5,615 nt of DNA from a virus, in IMG/VR virus record IMGVR_UViG_3300045988_089674, positions 1 to 5,615 of that record; one strand, given 5' to 3'. How positions within the stretch are numbered: the stretch's first letter is position 1; every line of letters begins with the position of its first letter. The notes beneath the pieces are model-generated. The model was not told where the DNA came from. It saw nothing but the letters and a program-made list of their open reading frames with translations, and made no database searches. A program made the position numbers and the translations under genes. Positions 1 to 5,055 of this stretch are shown piece after piece.

Positions 1-119
1 ATTTTTTTTGATGCCTGTCAATTGTCCTTTTGGTTTGAATGGCGCTTTAGCGCCTTGCCGTGCGTAGCGTATGCGGAGCTCGGCTAAATTCATTCCTTTT
101 TAGCGCTGTGCGCGTCATG
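1..119. repeat. Terminal direct repeat, copy 1 (identical to 5497..5615). Assembly overlap of a circular genome; unit length 5,496 nt.
   Basis: Reading both ends base by base, ATTTTTTTTGATGCCTGTCAATTG...GCGCGTCATG at 1-119 matches 5497-5615 with offset 5496. It includes the VP4 stop codon (115-117 = 5611-5613). Confidence 0.95.
41..54. other. GC-rich palindrome GGCGCTTTAGCGCC (second copy at 5537..5550) in the non-coding stretch between the rep stop and the promoter
   Basis: GGCGC/GCGCC arms with a 4-nt centre. No flanking T-tract on either strand, so it is not a canonical terminator. Confidence 0.6.
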
Positions 120-1104
120 CTTTCGGTTCACGCCACTTTTGCTTTAGCTTGTTTTTTTCTTTCTGAATGTTGAGATAGGTTTCATAATCCACGCTGGTGC
201 TTTGTTCGAGATTGATTAAACTTTGTACTGCGCTGCGTCTGCGTTTGGCTCTAACCTCTCTCAGCTCGTCAGAATGTGCCTTAAAACAGCTTTCCGTGTC
301 TTGGCTGGTATCTTTATCTAGAATCTTATCAAAATAGCGTGGAGGCCTTTTTTCGCGTCCTCCTGCGCATATGATGTTATCTGTTTTCAAGATTTCATCT
401 TTGTGTTCGTTCAGATACTTTTCGCCGATGCCTTTCGACATGATTCGGAACTCTGGCTCTCGGCCTTCCATCCAGTATTTTGCCGCTTGCTCTGCACCTA
501 TGGCTTTTTTGTTGACGTATTGCGCAACGTATGCGTAGCTTCCCGGCTGTGCTGGAGAAAAGTCTATCATGCCTTTGCCCCAGATTTTTTGCAACCACTC
601 GCTTTTAAAGTAGCTGTTGCCCTTTTGGTTTTTATACCATTGTGCATCCGGTGGCTTCAGTCCAAATACTATCGCGTGATAGTGTGGTCTTTTTGTTCTG
701 TCTCCATATTCGGCTGCTAGGAAGTATTTTATTGGCTTTTTGTATGCTTTCCGTAGCCGTTTTAGAAATAGTTGCACGTCTCGCTTGCTCACTGTCTGAC
801 TTTGAATGCTTTTGTAGCCTTTGATAATTTCGCCGTATGGGATATGTTCATCGTCATACGTTAGTGTTAGAAAAATCACATCGTCCCACTCTTTGGCTTC
901 TAGCTCTATTCTTGTTGCCCATTGGTCTGCCATCTGTTTGCGGCAATACTCGCATTTACCGCATGGTAACAATGCGAATTTTCCTTTTTTGATTCCGTCC
1001 ATGATGTCCGTTTGCAGTCCTTGCTTTGATAGGTTTTCCAGACTTCCCCATAGCTGCGGTTTTTTCGTGTCCATCTGAAATACTAATGGTTTTGTACATG
1101 GCAT
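115..1104 (-). CDS. VP4: Replication initiation protein VP4 (rolling-circle HUH endonuclease, phiX174 gpA-like), 329 aa
   Basis: ATG at 1104. RCR motif 1 FLTLTY (aa 78-83). HUH motif PHYHAIVFG (aa 140-148, nt 676-684). Double-tyrosine motif YVAQYVNKK (Y192 nt 529-531, Y196 nt 517-519), nearly identical to the phiX174 gpA YVAKYVNKK active site. N-terminal PCGKCEYCR cysteine cluster typical of microvirus VP4. Confidence 0.93.
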   Translation of the reverse strand: MPCTKPLVFQMDTKKPQLWGSLENLSKQGLQTDIMDGIKKGKFALLPCGKCEYCRKQMADQWATRIELEAKEWDDVIFLTLTYDDEHIPYGEIIKGYKSIQSQTVSKRDVQLFLKRLRKAYKKPIKYFLAAEYGDRTKRPHYHAIVFGLKPPDAQWYKNQKGNSYFKSEWLQKIWGKGMIDFSPAQPGSYAYVAQYVNKKAIGAEQAAKYWMEGREPEFRIMSKGIGEKYLNEHKDEILKTDNIICAGGREKRPPRYFDKILDKDTSQDTESCFKAHSDELREVRAKRRRSAVQSLINLEQSTSVDYETYLNIQKEKNKLKQKWREPKA

Positions 1105-1113
1105 TTTGTTATC

Positions 1114-1142
1114 GGCACAAGCTTCCTTGTCTATCTTGTGCC
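1114..1142 (-). promoter_or_regulatory. 8-bp stem hairpin in the rep 5' leader, 9 nt upstream of the VP4 ATG
   Basis: GGCACAAG (1114-1121) pairs with CTTGTGCC (1135-1142) across a 13-nt loop. On the mRNA strand the loop reads ATAGACAAGGAAG and holds the only SD-like element upstream of VP4. An alternative shorter pairing is ACAAG (1117-1121) with CTTGT (1126-1130). Confidence 0.45.
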
Positions 1143-1198
1143 GTTTGACACCTCGCTTCCTTTATATATTAACTTGTTGTAGTCGTAGTAGTAGTAGC

Positions 1199-1377
1199 GT
1201 GGAAACTGTTGAAAACTCGTTTTTTTTACGTTACTACGTTTATTTATTGCCTTTTTGCCTGTTGAAAACTTTGTTGAAAACTTGTTGAATTGTTGAAAGT
1301 TCGTCATTATGACGAATTTCTTTGTGCAACTTGTTGTTGAAAACCTGTTGAAAGTGTTGAAAACTCAAGTTTTCCAC
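1199..1377. repeat. Iteron-like array: eight same-orientation copies of TGTTGAA(AAC) bounded by an imperfect inverted repeat GTGGAAACT / AGTTTTCCAC
   Basis: Full 10-mer TGTTGAAAAC starts at 1207, 1260, 1272, 1335 and 1355. TGTTGAAAG starts at 1291 and 1346; TGTTGAAT starts at 1283. The flanks GTGGAAACT (1199-1207) and AGTTTTCCAC (1368-1377) are reverse complements apart from one extra A. The last copy plus the inverted copy forms the palindrome GAAAACT-CA-AGTTTTC (1359-1374). The region is non-coding, between the VP2 terminator and the VP4 start. Confidence 0.85.
1297..1319. other. Perfect palindrome/hairpin at the centre of the iteron array
   Basis: TTCGTCA (1300-1306), TTA, TGACGAA (1310-1316): 7-bp stem with a 3-nt loop. 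It extends to about 10 bp with AAG/TTT flanks (one G-T pair). Five of the eight iteron copies lie at lower coordinates and three at higher coordinates. Confidence 0.7.
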
Positions 1378-1405
1378 ACTCTCTATTTTCTGGATTATTG
1401 TTACT

Positions 1406-1433
1406 AAAAAAGGGGGATGTTTTGCCATCCCCC
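1406..1433 (-). terminator. Rho-independent terminator downstream of VP2
   Basis: The minus strand reads GGGGGATG-GCAAAA-CATCCCCC followed by TTTTTT: an 8-bp G/C-rich stem (1426-1433 / 1412-1419), a 6-nt loop and a T6 tract (1406-1411). It begins 8 nt after the VP2 stop. Confidence 0.8.
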
Positions 1434-1441
1434 TTCCTTTC

Positions 1442-2314
1442 TTAGTCTCCTGTGTATGGTTTTCCAGATACGTATCCATCTATTAGTTTGCGTCTTCTTG
1501 CTGCCCTGTTGATAGTATCTTCTGCCACTTTGTCAGCGCGGTCTTTGGCTGCTTTACCAGCCTTTTTTGCTGCTTCTTTGGCTTTTTCTCCTGCTTTCGT
1601 AAGGCCTGAGCCTAACTTGTTAGCTGTATAGGTGTACTGTTGTGCTTGTTTTGCGCTTGAGGTTGCCAGCTCGCTCGCTGCCTGTTCCCAGCTTTTCGCG
1701 CTCTTAAACTGTTTTGCGCTGGTGCTCTGTTTTGCCAGTTTTAAGTATTTGTCTGCCAGTTCTGCCGTGTTGTTGCCGTATTCGTACATTGCGGATACGC
1801 TTGCGGCCTGTGCGCTCTGCTGGTTATAGCGTTGGCTTCCAATGCTTGCAGACGCTCCTGATGGTGCGCTTGTTGCCCCGTTGGTTGCTGCTAGAATAGG
1901 ATTGATGCCCGCTGCGATCATGTCCTTTACGGTATCCTGATAGGCCGTTCCACGCATTTCTTTCTGAAACGCTCTTTCTGCTGCTGCTTCTGCACTGTTG
2001 TACTTCTTGGCGCTTGCTTGGCTTCCAGCATTTGCGAGGTTGCTCAGCAGTCCGCTGATCATTTGCAGTGCGTTTGCGGTGTTTACGCTGCTCTGGTTGC
2101 CGAATGTGGCAATACCTGTTGGCGTGCTGATTTGCGTTGATCCTATCTGCTGCGGTGCTGTTACGCTGCCGGTTGTGGTCTCGCTGCCGGTTGTGGTCTC
2201 GCTGCCTGTCTCTTGGCTGTTTTTGGCGCTGCTCTGGTTACTGTTCGTTATGATGCCTGTTATTAAGCTCAGTCCTTTCATGAGTGTTGGCAAAAGCTTT
2301 AAAAATGTCTCCAT
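1442..2314 (-). CDS. VP2: Minor capsid / DNA pilot protein VP2 (phiX174 H analogue), about 290 aa from the ATG at 2314
   Basis: Contains the conserved microvirus VP2 block AERAFQKEMRGTAYQDTVKDMIAAGINPILAA (the AG[LI]NPIL signature), a hydrophobic N-terminus METFLKLLPTLMKGLSLITGII, low-complexity Ser/Thr/Gln and Ala/Lys-rich regions, and a basic C-terminus. The start at 2314 is preferred over the track start at 2404. The 2404 start overlaps VP1 by 52 nt, reads through the SD and terminator hairpin, and has its SD-like AGAGGA directly abutting the ATG. Confidence 0.85.
   Translation of the reverse strand: METFLKLLPTLMKGLSLITGIITNSNQSSAKNSQETGSETTTGSETTTGSVTAPQQIGSTQISTPTGIATFGNQSSVNTANALQMISGLLSNLANAGSQASAKKYNSAEAAAERAFQKEMRGTAYQDTVKDMIAAGINPILAATNGATSAPSGASASIGSQRYNQQSAQAASVSAMYEYGNNTAELADKYLKLAKQSTSAKQFKSAKSWEQAASELATSSAKQAQQYTYTANKLGSGLTKAGEKAKEAAKKAGKAAKDRADKVAEDTINRAARRRKLIDGYVSGKPYTGD
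2165..2212. repeat. 18-bp perfect tandem duplication inside VP2 (GCTGCCGGTTGTGGTCTC x2) with a degenerate third unit
   Basis: 2165-2182 is identical to 2183-2200, and 2201-2206 repeats the first 6 nt. It is in frame and encodes ETTTGS-ETTTGS within ...SQETGSETTTGSETTTGSVTAP... Confidence 0.9.
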
Positions 2315-2316
2315 CC

Positions 2317-2341
2317 AAAAATAGCCCCGCTTTTGCGGGGC
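2317..2341 (-). terminator. Intrinsic terminator-like hairpin between VP1 and VP2 (may also act as an SD-to-start bridging structure)
   Basis: The minus strand reads GCCCCGC-AAAA-GCGGGGC (2341-2324) followed by TATTTTTGG and then the ATG at 2314. The SD GGAGG (2348-2344) lies immediately 5' of the stem. Confidence 0.65.
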
Positions 2342-2352
2342 TTCCTCCTTTC

Positions 2353-3981
2353 TTAGATTCTCTCGATACCGGGAATGCTGTAAATAGGCATTTCGCGATA
2401 CCATTCCTCTGTGAAATAGAAGTCACACAAGAACTGGTGTGATACGTCGCTTGTTACTGCAATCGTTCGGTCAATGTTCTGCTGTCCTTCTTGAATCCAC
2501 TCTGCCGAGAGACGTGGAAGTTTGTCATAATCGTCTGCATAGTGCCATGCGTCCAAACTGGTCTGATAGTTTGACCGCATTTCTCCGGTTACGTAAGATG
2601 GCTTGTATCGGTAATCCGCCCAAGCCTCTTGGTATCCGAAGATTTCTTCGTCTTCCGAAGTGCCTTGTGCATAGATTTCGCGATTATATACTGGCTGTTC
2701 GCCCAGTGCTGCTAATCGCGGGTCGTAGTATGTGAACCGCCCGCCGCGTGTCCACTTTGTCGCAAGTCCTTGCTGATAGCTGTGCTCTACTCGTATCACT
2801 GCCAGACCAATGATATAACCGTATTCGGTTGCTGCATAGTCCACCATCTCCTTGCTGCATGTGGTCAGACTGTATGCAGCCGTATTGCCCAGTGCCTGTC
2901 CGGTCGTGGTGTCCGTCTGGCTCGTCTGAACAACCTGATTGACATTGATCGCAATGCGCTGGCCGCCGATGTACTCAGGAATTTGAAGCCGGCTGTCCGG
3001 TGACGTTACACCCCATGTGCCGGAAAGGAACTCTCTGTACCTTGTGCCGTTGCGTGCATCTGCTTCAAAGATGTGCTGCAGTGCGATAGCCATGCGTAAA
3101 TCTTGGATGCTGATCGCGCTTACTCCGGTGAGGTCTGCGCCCAGGAATTTCATTTCAATGGTTTGGTCATCTTTGCCGGTTACTGACATTACGTTAGCGA
3201 AGTTCTGCATAGTGCCGTTTTCAGTCAGGTTTAGCTGAGTAGATGCTGGTGTTTCTTTTGTCAGTTCTGCATTGTTATACAGTTTTACCGGTGCATTGGC
3301 CGTCAGGCCGATTTCTACAGGGTCATTTTTCATCGGTTTCGGCAAACAGCTGGTGAAGTAGTCGTGAAACTTCCCCGCCTTCGCTGGCTTTTTTCCGTAA
3401 ATATATGCTTCGTTCGTTATCGTGGTGGCTGACGGTAAGTTTGCGTTCATATCGTTTCCGGTTGCCGGGTCGTCATCGTTTCCCGCTTCATCCGTTTTTT
3501 TGTAACCTAGCATCATCGGCGCTTCTAGGTTTTCATCTCTAAACCACTCGTTATAAATCATGGCGTAGGCGCGTGCTGGCAGCGCGTTTACTTTGATTTC
3601 TCCTTTTACTTCGGTCGGAAGTCCGAAATAGTCTCCAATGCTTCCGTTTTTCAGTCCACTTTTTCCGCCGATTTTGCTGGTCGGTGTTGAGTATTCGATC
3701 TTTTCTGCCCAGTAGTCGGTGTCGTTCTCGCCGAACATGTTCTCCCAGTGCTCCCACAGCAGACGGCACGGAACAAAGAAGAAATAGGTATCCATGTACG
3801 CGTTATCCATGATTGGGTAGATAGGTGTGCTCATACGGATGAGACCGTTTAGGCGTACTTTTGCTGTATCGCCCGGTAGTACTTCATCATAGTAGATGGG
3901 TACCAGGTCGCCTTCGTTGATGGTCGTTAAGAGCTGGTGACTCCGGTCAAATTTGCTTCGTGGTCGTTCCATTCGCGGCAC
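2353..3981 (-). CDS. VP1: Major capsid protein VP1 (Microviridae F-like capsid), 539-542 aa
   Basis: Hallmark microvirus capsid blocks are present: SKFDRSHQLLTTINEGDLVPIYYDEVLPGDT, FFVPCRLLWEHWENMFGE, IYNEWFRDENL, DLRMAIALQHIFEADARNGTRYREFLSGTWGV..DSRLQIPEYIGG and RFTYYDPRLAALGEQ. The track start at 3981 is GTG, and the first ATG is at 3972 (MERPRSKF...). The start is therefore uncertain by 3 codons. Confidence 0.95.
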   Translation of the reverse strand: MPRMERPRSKFDRSHQLLTTINEGDLVPIYYDEVLPGDTAKVRLNGLIRMSTPIYPIMDNAYMDTYFFFVPCRLLWEHWENMFGENDTDYWAEKIEYSTPTSKIGGKSGLKNGSIGDYFGLPTEVKGEIKVNALPARAYAMIYNEWFRDENLEAPMMLGYKKTDEAGNDDDPATGNDMNANLPSATTITNEAYIYGKKPAKAGKFHDYFTSCLPKPMKNDPVEIGLTANAPVKLYNNAELTKETPASTQLNLTENGTMQNFANVMSVTGKDDQTIEMKFLGADLTGVSAISIQDLRMAIALQHIFEADARNGTRYREFLSGTWGVTSPDSRLQIPEYIGGQRIAINVNQVVQTSQTDTTTGQALGNTAAYSLTTCSKEMVDYAATEYGYIIGLAVIRVEHSYQQGLATKWTRGGRFTYYDPRLAALGEQPVYNREIYAQGTSEDEEIFGYQEAWADYRYKPSYVTGEMRSNYQTSLDAWHYADDYDKLPRLSAEWIQEGQQNIDRTIAVTSDVSHQFLCDFYFTEEWYREMPIYSIPGIERI

Positions 3982-3997
3982 TTGCGCGAAATGGTTC

Positions 3998-4453
3998 TCA
4001 CTGTTTCGGTTCGTTTTCCTTCACCTCTTTCTTTTTTTCTTCCGGCTTCTGCTGTTCGGTCTGCTTCTGCTGTTCGGTCTGCTTCTGCTGTTCGGTCTGC
4101 TGCATCTGTTTCAGCCGTTCCATTGTTTCGGCTGCTGTCTCGGCCGTTGCGTGCATCGTCATGATATCCTTCGGCAGATTTTCAAGGTCAGTTCCTTCGG
4201 TGTATATCATGCTTTTTGCCTTTATGCTGGTATCTCCAGCTTCCAGTCTTGCGATCGCGCTTGCAAGGTCGTAGCCCTCGCCGGCTCGCTGGATTTTTTC
4301 GTATATGTTTTCATCCGGCTGTTCGATGTAGTCTGTAGTGCCGTTGGGTCGTTTGACTGCTTTCCACGTTGGCGCGGTCTTGCTGCCCGGATTGTTTGCC
4401 ACTCTCTCGGTCGGCATTCCGTAGTACCTTACCAGTGTATTAGGATTTAACAT
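3998..4453 (-). CDS. VP3: Internal scaffolding protein VP3-like, 151 aa
   Basis: Its position immediately upstream of VP1, its size (about 150 aa) and its acidic/Gln-rich composition match gokushovirus VP3. Strong SD: AAGGAG, 7 nt, then the ATG at 4453. It overlaps the VP5 3' end by 14 nt. The call rests on synteny, size and composition; the sequence motifs are weak by eye. Confidence 0.7.
   Translation of the reverse strand: MLNPNTLVRYYGMPTERVANNPGSKTAPTWKAVKRPNGTTDYIEQPDENIYEKIQRAGEGYDLASAIARLEAGDTSIKAKSMIYTEGTDLENLPKDIMTMHATAETAAETMERLKQMQQTEQQKQTEQQKQTEQQKPEEKKKEVKENEPKQ
4045..4098. repeat. 18-bp perfect tandem repeat x3 inside VP3 (GCTTCTGCTGTTCGGTCT)
   Basis: 4045-4062, 4063-4080 and 4081-4098 are identical. 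The repeat is in frame and encodes QTEQQK x3 near the VP3 C-terminus. Confidence 0.95.
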
Positions 4454-4694
4454 TGGCTGTCTCCTTCAGGTCGATGAGCCATGCGATGTGTTCAGGCATT
4501 GCTTCGCTCATGTAGCCCGTTTCAGTGTCGAACTCGCCTAACTCTACGAGTGAAATATCTTCGATTTCACTCGGTTTGCTTTCGTTGGCTTTCCATCGTG
4601 CCGTCCGGACCGCCTGTGCTCTGTTGTTCTGCAAAAATGGCTGTGAGTAGCCTTTGGTCAGTGCATCGTGGAATGAGTAGAATTTCAGTTTCAT
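4440..4694 (-). CDS. VP5: VP5-like small non-structural protein (proposed phiX174 C analogue), 84 aa
   Basis: The pattern MKLKFYSFHDALTKGYSQPF..N...A.R.......(acidic)..L.ELGEFDTETG matches my recollection of the conserved gokushovirus VP5 pattern (Y..yD.ka..y..PF...n...A.R.f...v......ED..L..iG.fD..tG). Size and position upstream of VP3 fit. SD: AAGGAG 7 nt before the ATG at 4694. Confidence 0.75.
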   Translation of the reverse strand: MKLKFYSFHDALTKGYSQPFLQNNRAQAVRTARWKANESKPSEIEDISLVELGEFDTETGYMSEAMPEHIAWLIDLKETANVKS

Positions 4695-4706
4695 GTTTTT
4701 TCTCCT

Positions 4707-4823
4707 TTACTCTTTGTCTTTGTTTGCATCCTTTAGTGCGTGGTAAATTTCATCGAGCTTTTCAAGAATGCTCATCATCAGTTCGATTGCTTCCTTGACG
4801 TCCTTGACCTTAATTAGTGCCAT
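4707..4823 (-). CDS. Hypothetical 38-aa amphipathic helical protein (not in the ORF track): MALIKVKDVKEAIELMMSILEKLDEIYHALKDANKDKE
   Basis: Hand translation. The ATG at 4823 is preceded by AAAGGAGGTGAATTA (GGAGGTGA SD, about 5 nt spacing). The stop TAA (4709-4707) abuts the SD of VP5, and the ORF exactly fills the gap between neighbouring genes. No similarity recognised. Confidence 0.6.
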   Translation of the reverse strand: MALIKVKDVKEAIELMMSILEKLDEIYHALKDANKDKE

Positions 4824-4854
4824 TAATTCACCTCCTTTCTTTGGTTTGTGTCGT

Positions 4855-4971
4855 TTATAGCCGGATACCGCCCCGCGATACCTTCGGCCTTACGTTGATG
4901 TTTTTTACCCGCTTTGCAGTCTGGGTAAAGCGTTTCTGGTCGCCTTGACCCGCTCCGCTTCTGTGTGCCAT
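4855..4971 (-). CDS. Small highly basic protein, 38 aa, candidate J/VP8-like DNA-binding/packaging protein (not in the ORF track): MAHRSGAGQGDQKRFTQTAKRVKNINVRPKVSRGGIRL
   Basis: Hand translation. The ATG at 4971 is preceded by AAAGGAGTAAATA (AAGGAG SD, 6-nt spacing), with an in-frame TAA two codons upstream. The peptide has 6 Arg, 4 Lys and 1 Asp (net about +9). It is the same length as phiX174 J (38 aa). I recall the C-terminal RGGIRL as recurrent in gokushovirus small basic proteins, but this is unverified. Confidence 0.65.
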   Translation of the reverse strand: MAHRSGAGQGDQKRFTQTAKRVKNINVRPKVSRGGIRL

Positions 4972-5055
4972 TATTTACTCCTTTATGTGTTTTTGTTTTG
5001 TTTCATTCACAATTTGTTTTTTTGGTCTGGTCTCGTGCATTCCATGATTTCATTG

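Noticed and set aside
1-119. Terminal repeat as a biological feature (DTR, LTR or IS ends)
   Set aside because: It is an exact, same-orientation duplication of both contig ends that interrupts a promoter and includes a gene's stop codon. That is the signature of linearising a circular assembly. Microviruses have no terminal redundancy.
395-598. Embedded alternative-frame minus-strand ORFs (395-598 in VP4, 2238-2426 across VP1/VP2, 3551-3769 in VP1), considered as phiX E/K-like overlapping genes
   Set aside because: No SD is evident. The products are Arg/Lys-rich and low-complexity with no TM helix, so they are not E-like lysis proteins. Nothing distinguishes them from chance ORFs, and comparative data would be needed.
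1185-1196. (GTA)4 trinucleotide run next to the iteron array
   Set aside because: It is too short to call a microsatellite with function. It is noted only as part of the low-complexity non-coding region.
1327-1333. Exact CAACTTG heptamer (left half of the phiX174 origin cleavage site)
   Set aside because: It lies on the window plus strand, the complement of the viral-sense strand that Rep should nick. It is followed by TTGTTGA rather than ATATTAATAAC. A 7-mer is also expected by chance at about this frequency in 11 kb of two-strand sequence.
1199-1377. CRISPR array or tandem satellite interpretation of the TGTTGAAAAC repeats
   Set aside because: The repeat unit is only about 10 nt. Spacings of about 8-50 nt are far too short and irregular for CRISPR spacers. 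There is no leader or cas context, and the copies are interspersed rather than head-to-tail.
1240-1479. 79-aa minus-strand ORF (or 62 aa from the ATG at 1428) crossing the non-coding region
   Set aside because: It starts inside VP2 or inside the terminator stem. It reads through the terminator and translates the iteron copies in different reading frames (FQH, FQQ, VFNN, LSTI, VFNK, VFNR), so the repeat is conserved as DNA rather than as protein. One iteron copy lies beyond its stop. A residual possibility of a real small protein remains.
1442-2404. Longer VP2 model starting at the ATG at 2404
   Set aside because: It overlaps VP1 by 52 nt. Its extra 30 residues are encoded by the VP1 3' end plus the SD and terminator hairpin. 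The SD-like AGAGGA directly abuts the ATG. The start at 2314 gives a hydrophobic N-terminus typical of pilot proteins. It is not fully excluded.
4972-5055. Mini-ORFs of 16 aa (ATG 5053) and 21 aa (ATG 5040, MHETRPKKQIVNETKQKHIKE) between the peptidase and the basic-peptide gene
   Set aside because: There is no SD upstream of either, they are very short, and they overlap each other. This is most likely an A-rich spacer.
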